Source: a virus
Lineage: Duplodnaviria > Caudoviricetes
IMG/VR virus record: IMGVR_UViG_3300007770_000016
Coordinates: 1-55,594 of that record
Length of the DNA stretch: 55,594 bases
Direction: 5' to 3' (one strand)
This document shows, piece after piece, positions 29,243 through 37,664 of the stretch. The translations under genes and the position numbers were made by a program. Under the pieces are notes generated by a model. It was not told the origin of the DNA, made no database searches, and worked only from the letters and a program-made list of their open reading frames with translations. How positions within the stretch are numbered: the stretch's first letter is position 1; each line of letters opens with the position of its first letter.

Positions 29243-30523
29243 TCAGCGGGCGGGGTACGGAGCATCAATAATAAACTCTACGTCTTCATCTCTATCGACT
29301 TGCATAAAAGATTCTGCTTGAATAATATCGGGCCATTCTTTTGGTGGTGTCAAATAGAATGGTGTGAACGGTGACATTCTACCAAATTGTCTAAGGTGTG
29401 ATGCACTTCTAGGGAAGTTCTTTGGAATTGCTTTACAGTTTACGTATTTACTAATGAGTCTTACTCTACTGTAGTACTCATCAAGGTAATCTTCATCTTG
29501 TAATAAGGTTCCATAGGTAAGACTGTAGTTGATTGGTGGTGTCATACTCCATCTCTCTGCGAGGTGTTCGTATTCTCCTTGCCCTCTATACCAGTCCTCA
29601 CACCTACGAATATAGTTCTCGAATCGGGGTTCTCCGGAATAGTTTTTTCGAATTTCTATTTGACCTTTGCGGGGTCCTCTAGTCAATTCGTGTTCGTACT
29701 CTTCGCAGTCCCGGTCTTTCATTCCGAACTCTATTGTGGGTTTTTGTACTGCGATGTGAATCATACCCCCCACTCCTACATTTTGTGGAAGGTCGTATAT
29801 GGGTTGTAGTAAATCTGCTTCTAAAGCGAGTTTTAGAACCATCATATAGTGCTGTGTTTGAAATTCTAGTGGGCATGTTATTAGTCTTTCCTCTGGGCTT
29901 CCTGCGGTTGTTTTTGCATCTACTATAAAGATCTTATTTTGTTCTTTATGGTATAGCAGAGTGTCGAACATACCTGTAAGACTTACTTTGCCGGTCTTGC
30001 TAACTAAAGGCATGTGTAATCGGATACCTACCTCACTTCCTAAATGTTGGAAGTGATCTTGAGTTAGAAATTGATTTACGGTAGGTATCTTCTGGGGTAT
30101 TTGAAGATCCATTGCGACATCGTACCAAGCAGATGCACACATAAAATCTTTACGTTCCCTGTCCAATACCTTATCCTTAGATTCACCTTTAATCCCAATT
30201 GATTTGCAGATTTCTTTAAGTTCTTCTAATCGGTCAGATAACTCTTTGTCCATAATTTGAGTTGTGACTTCTGGTGTTTCTCTATATAGTTCCAGTTTCT
30301 TATGAAACCATGAACCACGAGATAACGCCTTTGACCAACGAAGGGCTGGCGAGAGTCCTAGCCTTCGGGATAAATAGTATTGAAAGGGGCAATGTAATAC
30401 CCCCTCATAGTCTGAAGATCGAATGGAAGGAGTCGTATCTACGTACCCGTGATACTCCATCCATCTTTGGGCATCTTGCCCGCGTCCCGTAGGGATCGGT
30501 ACGCTTTCTATTTCTGGGGGCAT
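29243..30523 (-). CDS. PD-(D/E)XK RecB/Cas4-like exonuclease
   Basis: SS....CP.QYY, RGSWFH, GMFD...IVDAKT, Q..HY motifs. Confidence 0.8.
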   Translation of the reverse strand: MPPEIESVPIPTGRGQDAQRWMEYHGYVDTTPSIRSSDYEGVLHCPFQYYLSRRLGLSPALRWSKALSRGSWFHKKLELYRETPEVTTQIMDKELSDRLEELKEICKSIGIKGESKDKVLDRERKDFMCASAWYDVAMDLQIPQKIPTVNQFLTQDHFQHLGSEVGIRLHMPLVSKTGKVSLTGMFDTLLYHKEQNKIFIVDAKTTAGSPEERLITCPLEFQTQHYMMVLKLALEADLLQPIYDLPQNVGVGGMIHIAVQKPTIEFGMKDRDCEEYEHELTRGPRKGQIEIRKNYSGEPRFENYIRRCEDWYRGQGEYEHLAERWSMTPPINYSLTYGTLLQDEDYLDEYYSRVRLISKYVNCKAIPKNFPRSASHLRQFGRMSPFTPFYLTPPKEWPDIIQAESFMQVDRDEDVEFIIDAPYPAR

Positions 30524-30546
30524 AACTTTTCTCCTGTGTTAGTGAA

Positions 30547-30657
30547 CTACCCTCGAGTAATCCAATTCATTATGCGATCCTTAAGCCACATTCCACATAC
30601 AAAACTTACTCCACATGCTACGATTGTGACCCAAAAATCTGTTGATGCTAAAAACAT
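30547..30657 (-). CDS. 36-aa single-TM protein (below the ORF-track cut-off)
   Basis: MFLASTDFWVTIVACGVSFVCGMWLKDRIMNWITRG; SD AAGGA; fills the gap in the operon. Confidence 0.6.
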   Translation of the reverse strand: MFLASTDFWVTIVACGVSFVCGMWLKDRIMNWITRG

Positions 30658-30666
30658 ATCTGTTCC

Positions 30667-30849
30667 TTATACACTTGATACCCAAGACCATAAAGTGCGG
30701 ACTGCACCTGCGATCCAGTTTACACCTTCCCACGCAAATGGGAGTAGTGCTAGGGTAACTAATAAACTTCGGGTGATGCCTACTTTACTTAAAGTAGAAT
30801 CGACAACATCACTACCACTCCAACAACAATTACTTTTACTTTTACTCAT
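30667..30849 (-). CDS. Small membrane protein
   Basis: Hydrophobic/amphipathic C-terminal half; SD AAGGA. Confidence 0.6.
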   Translation of the reverse strand: MSKSKSNCCWSGSDVVDSTLSKVGITRSLLVTLALLPFAWEGVNWIAGAVRTLWSWVSSV

Positions 30850-31243
30850 TATCTAATTCCTTCTTGAGTTTGATTATACGGGCTTGACCAAGTGCCTTGA
30901 TTGCCCACAACGCTGAGATTACTCCAGATGCTACGATGATCGGGAGTGCTATAAAATGAAAGTATTCTTGTAGTAAAGTGTTCATAAAGATGAGACCTAT
31001 CCCACCAAGAATAGGCCACCATCCTTTACGTCCTGTGCTTACTACAAGTAATACTATTCCCCCTAAAATTGAAATCCCCCCTATCCCGCTAAGGATAGAG
31101 AGGTTCTCTGGGATTGCTGCGGATGCAGTATCTTTAATCGTAGACGATATTCCACCCGTCTTGGGTTTAGTACCAAAGATTAGGTCTACTGCACCACATC
31201 CAGAGAGAAGAGAGAGAGAAAGGATTGTTAAAAATTTCTTCAT
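30842..31243 (-). CDS. Lipoprotein with additional TM helices (possible lysis/spanin-like component)
   Basis: Lipobox LLSG-C16, then 2-3 hydrophobic segments. Confidence 0.6.
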   Translation of the reverse strand: MKKFLTILSLSLLSGCGAVDLIFGTKPKTGGISSTIKDTASAAIPENLSILSGIGGISILGGIVLLVVSTGRKGWWPILGGIGLIFMNTLLQEYFHFIALPIIVASGVISALWAIKALGQARIIKLKKELDNE

Positions 31244-31449
31244 GTGAATACTCTGAATAGTGTTGCCACTATAGCAGAGAAAATGATTGAGACGACTCCG
31301 GAAGCCATATAAATTTTGGTTTTATGTTCAACTATATGTTGATCAATTTTATTAAGACGCTTCTCTATACGGAGAAGACGCTTGTTATTTTGTTCTAATT
31401 CATTGAGTACCAGACGTTTATATTCGTCCCACCCATTATTATCACTCAT
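31240..31449 (-). CDS. XhlA-like holin candidate
   Basis: N-terminal coiled coil plus a single C-terminal TM segment. Confidence 0.5.
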   Translation of the reverse strand: MSDNNGWDEYKRLVLNELEQNNKRLLRIEKRLNKIDQHIVEHKTKIYMASGVVSIIFSAIVATLFRVFT

Positions 31450-31559
31450 TACGCAACCGGTTTTTTATTACGACTTCGGCTTTTTCTTCCCATTGCACCA
31501 GCCGTTCGTCTTTTTTTGGGTTGAGCAATCTTTTTATTTTTCTTTTTTTTATATGGCAT
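31449..31559 (-). CDS. 36-aa highly basic peptide (below the ORF-track cut-off)
   Basis: MPYKKKKNKKIAQPKKRRTAGAMGRKSRSRNKKPVA; TAATG-coupled at both ends. Confidence 0.65.
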   Translation of the reverse strand: MPYKKKKNKKIAQPKKRRTAGAMGRKSRSRNKKPVA

Positions 31560-32194
31560 TAACCTACAAACCTTCCGAGCAAGAGCCCATTACTAATTAA
31601 ATTTCCAGCTTTAACCCCCACTATTATTGAGGTACACCCAGATAAATACATTGATGCTCTTTGGCTCATATACCATTCATTTGTTGAGTCATACTTTAAA
31701 GCTGGTCCTTGTGTGTCCGCGTCAAAAACTATTTGACATGAAGCACATTGTTCTGTTTTTGTTTGAGTAGAAGTAGGATCTTCTCTTGCAGCATATACTG
31801 CTTCGAGGTTCTGAAGTGGAATCCACATATCAGTTGGATTATCAAAGTTAGTAGAATCTATATCTCCGGGCCATCTACGGTCTAATCCCGTGATTCCATC
31901 TTTAGTTGGAACCTTACCAAATACGTTAAGTTCTATTGTTTTATCTACTGCAGTATCTGTTATCACATAAAGTTCTAAACTTAATCCTGAAGAAGGTACA
32001 ATTACTTCAATAGAATTAGTGTTAGTGGTAGAAACTGAATTATCATAACTAGATGCTAATACATGGGGTTCATTAGATTTAGTATCATTTGTATCTAAAG
32101 CTTCATGTACCACAAAAATATTTGAGCCCCACGATGAAGCTGATGCTCCAAATGCGGGTTGATCAAAAATAAATGCGTTATTAAAAGTGGTCAT
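31559..32194 (-). CDS. Hypothetical beta-rich protein (structural-like composition)
   Basis: 211 aa, Ser/Thr/Asn-rich; ATGA coupling. Confidence 0.55.
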   Translation of the reverse strand: MTTFNNAFIFDQPAFGASASSWGSNIFVVHEALDTNDTKSNEPHVLASSYDNSVSTTNTNSIEVIVPSSGLSLELYVITDTAVDKTIELNVFGKVPTKDGITGLDRRWPGDIDSTNFDNPTDMWIPLQNLEAVYAAREDPTSTQTKTEQCASCQIVFDADTQGPALKYDSTNEWYMSQRASMYLSGCTSIIVGVKAGNLISNGLLLGRFVG

Positions 32195-32697
32195 TGGATT
32201 GCTCCGTTAATGAGGAGTCGTGCTACCCAGTTAGCACAAGCCCTTCGATGTGAATAAGTTTTTCCGGGTAGTAGGATTAGTTCTATTTTGTACTCTCTTA
32301 GTAGTCTCATAAGACCGTCTATCGCACAGGCAGGATTCGGAACATTCTTGCATGGTTTTTCCATTTCTAGTGGAGTTCCTTCGAGCATCAATATTGGGTG
32401 CTTGCAAGCATCCTTCAGTTTGACTAGTGCTTTGATGAATCTTACACGATCCTTTTCATTGAGACAGTTCTTGGCAATCTCACGCAGACTACCCTTGCGT
32501 TCAATTATAGTGTTGCCTTCGTATCCCCGCAACAAATAGTCACCTGCTTCAAGCTTTTCTTCCACCGTATGAAGTCTTACGGTGACCATTCGTTGCTTGT
32601 GAGGGGGTTTCTTATCATCCAAGACCTTTAGATTGGTAGGGAATCTAAGGGGTTTACGCTCCCGTGTGTCTTGGATAATAGTCCACTCCTTTTTCAT
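32191..32697 (-). CDS. ERCC4/XPF-type nuclease (probable junction resolvase)
   Basis: QDTRE, L.AGDY, IERK..L.E motifs. Confidence 0.85.
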   Translation of the reverse strand: MKKEWTIIQDTRERKPLRFPTNLKVLDDKKPPHKQRMVTVRLHTVEEKLEAGDYLLRGYEGNTIIERKGSLREIAKNCLNEKDRVRFIKALVKLKDACKHPILMLEGTPLEMEKPCKNVPNPACAIDGLMRLLREYKIELILLPGKTYSHRRACANWVARLLINGAIQ

Positions 32698-32963
32698 TTT
32701 TTATTTGATTTCTCGACTATATTTTCTACAATTTTTGGTGAAAGTTTAAAAATAGCACCTATATCTTTAGGAGAGAATCCTGAATTTACCAGTCTTAAAA
32801 TCCTTTTTTCTTTAGGACCCCCACTCTTTATAGGTGCATTGTAAGGAAGATTATTTTTCTTTGCGAAATGGTAGAGATTTTTAGCCTCCATACCTATTTC
32901 ATCTGCTACTTGTTTAACACTATATCCTTCAAGGAGTAGTTCAGTTACTTTCTTTTTATTCAT
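32694..32963 (-). CDS. Tandem HTH DNA-binding protein
   Basis: Two HTH-like units: GYSVKQVADEIG and GFSPKDIGAIFKLS. Confidence 0.7.
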   Translation of the reverse strand: MNKKKVTELLLEGYSVKQVADEIGMEAKNLYHFAKKNNLPYNAPIKSGGPKEKRILRLVNSGFSPKDIGAIFKLSPKIVENIVEKSNKK

Positions 32964-35095
32964 GACCAGTCATATTCCAGAGGAATTTCATTTCCATAAT
33001 ATTCGGATAGAATACTCCAGTACCCTTCGTTTTGTACATAGTTTACAGCATCCTCTACGATTTGTTTGATTTCTTGCTCGGATTCTTTGTTCTTTACATC
33101 AAAATATATTGCATCATATATATTGAGGAACATATATGAGTGGGGGTTTGGTGCATTTTGACTACACATATTCTTATGTATATCAGTTTGTATTTGAATA
33201 AGAGTATTACTTGCAGTAGTTTGAATGGGAAAATTCACGATTTCATTTACCATAAATTTGTCTCCTCCAAGGAAGTATCTAGATTGTCCGGTGAATGGGA
33301 GTTCAATTCGACCCAACTGTTCGGCTTTTCCGATGAGTTCATTTTGGAATTGCCATAGTTTTGGTCGATGAAATCGTCGTTTTGTGACTATATCTCGAAT
33401 AAATTCTATATCGAAAGTTATTCCTGTCATACCAAGCAGTTGCTTCTGCATAGTATCTGCACCTGCTCGAAAGAGGTCTGCAAAGTTTACCATCTTTGCT
33501 GCTTGTCTTTTATCGTTCCATTCCATATTAGAATTAGTATTTTTAAAGATTTGCATAGCCCTTGCTGCGTGCAGGTCTTCACCGTGTTGGTAAGCATCAA
33601 TGAATGCTTGATCTCCTGATAGAAGACCTGCTACACGTAGTTCTATTTGTGATAGATCTATTGAGATAATCTTCCCGTTCGGGAATCTACTACACATACA
33701 GTCTTTAATGGGAGGAGGGAAGGTTTGTGCAGAGGGTTTCTTACAGGTTATTCGTCCTTGTAAGGTGCCTCCACTTCCTCCCTCATTGTTCTTAGCAAAG
33801 GTAGGTGTAGCGTACCATGTCGGGTATGCTATATGTTTACCTTTGCACGGTACAAGAGATGAACTTTTATCTGTAGATTTATTTCGTCTATGCCGTAGTA
33901 ATGGGTATGTGTAACTGCTTATTAGTTTTTGGCTGCTTGCATGCTTCTTTGCTGCATCAAATACTTTTATTAGTTTTCGTGCATTGTTTTCTTCTACAAT
34001 TGAATAAGGACGATGTTCATAGTTTCCTATTCTTTCTACGCTTTTTATGTCTTGTAATGCATTTTGTAGTTTATTTCTGTTTGCTTCTGTAAAACTTACG
34101 AGTCCTTTGGCTGGTGTAAGTTCCATTTCATTTCTTATTCCATTACCTATCAGTTTAATTGCATCATCCATGAGTTCTTGTTTTGCTGTTCCGGATCCTT
34201 CTCCTTCGAGTGGGTATCCTGCTTCGGTTGCGGTTTCGTTTGCTAAAGTGCAAGTTTCTAGTATTTCTTGTTCGAATTCTTCTAGTTGCTTTTTGTTCAT
34301 ACATATTCCTGCTTCACTCATGCGGATGATTATCCATAAGAGGTCGGAATAGAAGTTTAGACAAAATGTCGAAAGTTTATCCCCGCTGGGGAAGTCTTGC
34401 TCTATACGTCGAGCAAGCTCCCTTACAGCGAGGACTGTGTTGTGTGTATCTTGTGCGTTGTAGTTATATAATTTTGGGTCTGTTGAGGATTTAAATCGTT
34501 CTTGTTTTAATGTTTTGTCGTATGAATGGGTTCGGAGAATAGGTCCTAAATTTTTGAGGCTTCTTTCTTGTCGAGTTTCATCATGTAGGTAATTGATTAT
34601 AGATAAATCTATCAGTGTTTGGTTTTCTAGTGCAAATTTAAAATATGGATCTTTTCTGAGGTATTGAATATCAAATGGTAAATTCATTCCGATTATTGTT
34701 GTGCTATGTTGTAACCATTTTCTTAATCGGTTTCTATCTTTAAAGTTTGACAGATTGAATACCATTGTTTTTTGGGGTTTCAAGTTTTTTAAGTTGACAA
34801 ATGATTGCTCCGGCTGTTGCAATGAGGACAAGACATGCGTTTCTTGTGTCATTGTCTTTGATGTTGTGGGAGTTTTGTATTGCTCTCTCCAAAGCGAATT
34901 TTGGTGATTCTGGCACTGATCTTCCTTAACTAGTGTTATCGAGGCTGTTATTATTAAATCGTTTAGATCTACACCATCCGTATGTATAGATCTTGCAGGA
35001 TGAAATACGGTTTGTTTAGGAAGAAGGTTGCCTCGGTGTCCTTCTTCTACTGCACCGTAAGTTTCGATATCGAGACTTATAATTTTTGTATCCAT
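32960..35095 (-). CDS. polA: Family A DNA polymerase with 3'-5' exonuclease
   Basis: ExoI DIET, ExoII NLPFD, ExoIII YNAQD; motif A DLSQIELR, motif B KMVNF, motif C-like IYDA. Confidence 0.92.
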   Translation of the reverse strand: MDTKIISLDIETYGAVEEGHRGNLLPKQTVFHPARSIHTDGVDLNDLIITASITLVKEDQCQNHQNSLWREQYKTPTTSKTMTQETHVLSSLQQPEQSFVNLKNLKPQKTMVFNLSNFKDRNRLRKWLQHSTTIIGMNLPFDIQYLRKDPYFKFALENQTLIDLSIINYLHDETRQERSLKNLGPILRTHSYDKTLKQERFKSSTDPKLYNYNAQDTHNTVLAVRELARRIEQDFPSGDKLSTFCLNFYSDLLWIIIRMSEAGICMNKKQLEEFEQEILETCTLANETATEAGYPLEGEGSGTAKQELMDDAIKLIGNGIRNEMELTPAKGLVSFTEANRNKLQNALQDIKSVERIGNYEHRPYSIVEENNARKLIKVFDAAKKHASSQKLISSYTYPLLRHRRNKSTDKSSSLVPCKGKHIAYPTWYATPTFAKNNEGGSGGTLQGRITCKKPSAQTFPPPIKDCMCSRFPNGKIISIDLSQIELRVAGLLSGDQAFIDAYQHGEDLHAARAMQIFKNTNSNMEWNDKRQAAKMVNFADLFRAGADTMQKQLLGMTGITFDIEFIRDIVTKRRFHRPKLWQFQNELIGKAEQLGRIELPFTGQSRYFLGGDKFMVNEIVNFPIQTTASNTLIQIQTDIHKNMCSQNAPNPHSYMFLNIYDAIYFDVKNKESEQEIKQIVEDAVNYVQNEGYWSILSEYYGNEIPLEYDWS
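34740..34916 (-). CDS. Candidate 58-aa gene nested out of frame inside the polymerase exonuclease domain
   Basis: AAGGAAG, 4 nt, GTG; MPESPKFALERAIQNSHNIKDNDTRNACLVLIATAGAIICQLKKLETPKNNGIQSVKL. Confidence 0.45.
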   Translation of the reverse strand: MPESPKFALERAIQNSHNIKDNDTRNACLVLIATAGAIICQLKKLETPKNNGIQSVKL

Positions 35096-35098
35096 GTG

Positions 35099-35380
35099 TT
35101 ATTCCTCAAATTTTTCAAGATCATCTTCGTATTCCATGAACGCTTCGATGCTTGCTACTGTGTCTGCTATATCCTCCATCCTTAGAGTGGGGGGTTTAAC
35201 TATTATTGGAACATCTTTAAAGTGTTGTATGTAAGTAGACATCCGATTGTAATCAAGTTTTGCTCTTATTATTTGATCGGTTACTTTTTCGATTAATTCA
35301 AGCATTTCTTCTTTTTGCAGTAAAAGATTATCAATTTCAGCTAATAATATTTGTACTTCGGGATGGTCACGGAGATTCAT
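35099..35380 (-). CDS. Hypothetical coiled-coil protein
   Basis: 93-aa ORF between the UDG and polymerase genes. Confidence 0.6.
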   Translation of the reverse strand: MNLRDHPEVQILLAEIDNLLLQKEEMLELIEKVTDQIIRAKLDYNRMSTYIQHFKDVPIIVKPPTLRMEDIADTVASIEAFMEYEDDLEKFEE

Positions 35381-36122
35381 TTGGACTTCTTGTGGGTATA
35401 ATTTCAGGTTTCGAGGGTGATGCCATTGTTCCGTCTACACAGTCGCTTATAAGTTGCATGTGAGAGTGTACACTATTTATGCGATTATTGTTTCGAAGTA
35501 CTGCAGCAGGATGGTATGTTGAGAATACATTGAATCCCCCCACTCCATCTATCTTGTGGTCTTCTTGATCGTAATGGTTTCCGTTTAATGCGAATGATTT
35601 GGTTAGAGTTATTTTTGGGATTCCGAGTATATTTTTGTAGAAAGAGGTTGTCATCGGTGCACCTAATGTGAGTATTATGTTTGGTCTATATCTTTGTAAA
35701 TCGTTTATTAAGTATTGGTTACATTCTATATAGTGTCGGGGTTTAGGTGTTTCGTTGTTTGTAGTGTGACAACGGACTCCATTTCCTAGATAGATGTGAG
35801 TTCTTTCTTGGAGGTTTGTCCCTCCAATGTAAGATTCTTTTAGGATGTTTCCGCTTCTACCCACAAAAGGTTTGCCTTGTCGGTCTTCATGAAAGCCAGG
35901 ATTCTGGCCTAGGATGAGGAGGACAGGACAAAACCTTTCGAGTAAATCTACTGAATTAATATAGTGAATTGTTGGTAAACAAACGGTGTTTGCTTGTTCG
36001 TGTAATTCACACTTTATACAGTGGGGATTATCCCCTTGGCATTGGTGGGTAGAAATCGTCGAGGAGTTCTTCGTAATCTTGTTGTTCTTCCAAAGTTCCG
36101 TCTGTTGGCGGCTCATGGTCAC
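35367..36122 (-). CDS. Family-4 uracil-DNA glycosylase-like protein (SPO1 polymerase N-terminal type, Fe-S)
   Basis: CIKC, GQNPG..ED.QGKPFVGRSG, N.VRC, TYHPAA motifs. Confidence 0.85.
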   Translation of the reverse strand: MTMSRQQTELWKNNKITKNSSTISTHQCQGDNPHCIKCELHEQANTVCLPTIHYINSVDLLERFCPVLLILGQNPGFHEDRQGKPFVGRSGNILKESYIGGTNLQERTHIYLGNGVRCHTTNNETPKPRHYIECNQYLINDLQRYRPNIILTLGAPMTTSFYKNILGIPKITLTKSFALNGNHYDQEDHKIDGVGGFNVFSTYHPAAVLRNNNRINSVHSHMQLISDCVDGTMASPSKPEIIPTRSPNESP

Positions 36123-36399
36123 AATGCTCCTTTGCTATGTTGACTAGTGTGTCTCCTAATATCTTTTCAAGAGCATACCATACTGGAGAAGAACCTGTTG
36201 ATTGTGATCCTGATGTAAAAGACATTGAATCTTTATCTTTACAATACATAAAGATTTCGAATCCTACTACATCTGTTACATCTCCTGTTCGGTGGTTGAA
36301 TACTAGGTCTAGGCTTCCTTCTACCTCTAATTTCCCTAGGTTTCCGGAAAAGACTATAGGTTTTCCATTATTTAGTTTGCAAGTTATTGGTGTGCTCAT
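36028..36399 (-). CDS. Hypothetical protein
   Basis: SD GAGG; within the operon. Confidence 0.55.
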   Translation of the reverse strand: MSTPITCKLNNGKPIVFSGNLGKLEVEGSLDLVFNHRTGDVTDVVGFEIFMYCKDKDSMSFTSGSQSTGSSPVWYALEKILGDTLVNIAKEHCDHEPPTDGTLEEQQDYEELLDDFYPPMPRG

Positions 36400-36616
36400 C
36401 AATTTTTTCCTCTCTTATTTTTAAGTATTCCTCTTTAGTATGAAGAAGTAATTTAATAATATTATTTAACTCTTCTAGAGTTATTAAATATGTGAAGTTT
36501 GCACTTGCCGATCCTATCATGGATCTTAATAAAATTCTTTCATCTTTATCCACAAAAGTGCTTATACTTGCATTTTCTTTATCTAAATACACCATTTTGG
36601 TTTCAAGATTTATCAT
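36368..36616 (-). CDS. Hypothetical protein
   Basis: SD GAGG; within the operon. Confidence 0.5.
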   Translation of the reverse strand: MINLETKMVYLDKENASISTFVDKDERILLRSMIGSASANFTYLITLEELNNIIKLLLHTKEEYLKIREEKIDEHTNNLQTK

Positions 36617-36806
36617 TTTTGGGTTCCTCTCTGTCGTTGTAGTTATTATCTATTACATTAGATAATTTGGTTTCAAGTTCTTTTAAGAACTTGAGGGTTT
36701 CATCGGTTGGTGGTGGTTTTGTTTGACTCCAGATTGTACATCTGGTTGTAGCTACACTAAATATTAATTTAGATAGCTCTTTGTGTGTTAACTCTATTGT
36801 TGCCAT
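36603..36806 (-). CDS. Hypothetical protein
   Basis: Strong SD ACAGGAGG. Confidence 0.6.
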   Translation of the reverse strand: MATIELTHKELSKLIFSVATTRCTIWSQTKPPPTDETLKFLKELETKLSNVIDNNYNDREEPKNDKS

Positions 36807-36824
36807 GTATCCTCCTGTGTTGGT

Positions 36825-37253
36825 TTATAGCAATTCTCGAAGGTGATTTTGCATACGAAGATCTCGTACTCCTTTGTCGAATTTTTCTAATGAGTAGTTT
36901 AAGGTTCTTATTTTTAGTCCTATATGATCTTTGAGATCGTTTAGAGTGATACGGATGGGTACTTCACCTTCTGGTGTATCGGTGAATAAGAATCCTACTC
37001 CTGCATCGAAGAGTGCGTTTAGTCTGTAATGCCATTCAAGTATATTTGAAGGCTTAAGTGTTGATAAATGTACAAAGTCTGAGCAGGTTGCTAGAGCTTC
37101 TGTTACAGGGGATAGTTTACAGAACATATCTTCTGTGGCCTCAAACCATCCATCCTCTTCATTGAGTGGGGGTTCTGTGGTATACTCCCAACAGACACGG
37201 TCTGAATTTCTTATTCGACTAATATCTATATCGTATGATTCATTTTCAAACAT
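36825..37253 (-). CDS. Hypothetical protein (likely leaderless)
   Basis: TATAAT-AAAACT-ATG at 37265-37251. Confidence 0.6.
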   Translation of the reverse strand: MFENESYDIDISRIRNSDRVCWEYTTEPPLNEEDGWFEATEDMFCKLSPVTEALATCSDFVHLSTLKPSNILEWHYRLNALFDAGVGFLFTDTPEGEVPIRITLNDLKDHIGLKIRTLNYSLEKFDKGVRDLRMQNHLRELL

Positions 37254-37267
37254 AGTTTTATTATAGA

Positions 37268-37468
37268 TTGGAGTTCTCCTTTGTGAATAGTGACAAACCT
37301 AAAATTGAAGGTCTTGGAGATATTATCCAAAGACTCACTAAGGCTGTAAAGATTCCTACGTGTCCTAAATGTGAGGAAAGACGTAAGAAATTGAATGAAA
37401 TGTTCCCATTAAAAAAAGGTGAGACTCCTGTTGAGGAATCCCACCCAAATGACACTAATTCAATTTAG
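37268..37468 (+). CDS. Small CxxC protein on the strand opposite its neighbours (start may be GTG 37283)
   Basis: GLGDII..LTKAV.IPTCPKCEERRKKLN; fills the gap between two minus-strand genes. Confidence 0.6.
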   Translation: MEFSFVNSDKPKIEGLGDIIQRLTKAVKIPTCPKCEERRKKLNEMFPLKKGETPVEESHPNDTNSI

Positions 37469-37664
37469 GGTGTACTCCTAACATTAGTGCCGCACCCTCT
37501 ACCGAACCAAGGGGGTCTTTTTTTAATAACTTGATTTTTTCTTCTTGTAAAAGGAAGATTTCGTTGTTAACTCTAGAAAGTTCCTCCACCAAAATCGAAT
37601 GGCGTGATTCTAGGTTCTCTATATCCTTGTTCAATTGGTTCAAGGGTTGGTTGTTTGAACTCAT
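37455..37664 (-). CDS. Small coiled-coil protein
   Basis: SD AAAGGA; heptad pattern. Confidence 0.5.
   Translation of the reverse strand: MSSNNQPLNQLNKDIENLESRHSILVEELSRVNNEIFLLQEEKIKLLKKDPLGSVEGAALMLGVHPKLN

Noticed and set aside
29243-30523. Cas4-like nuclease as a sign of a CRISPR system
   Set aside because: No array or other cas genes; its context with Sak4 and SSB is a standard phage recombination module.
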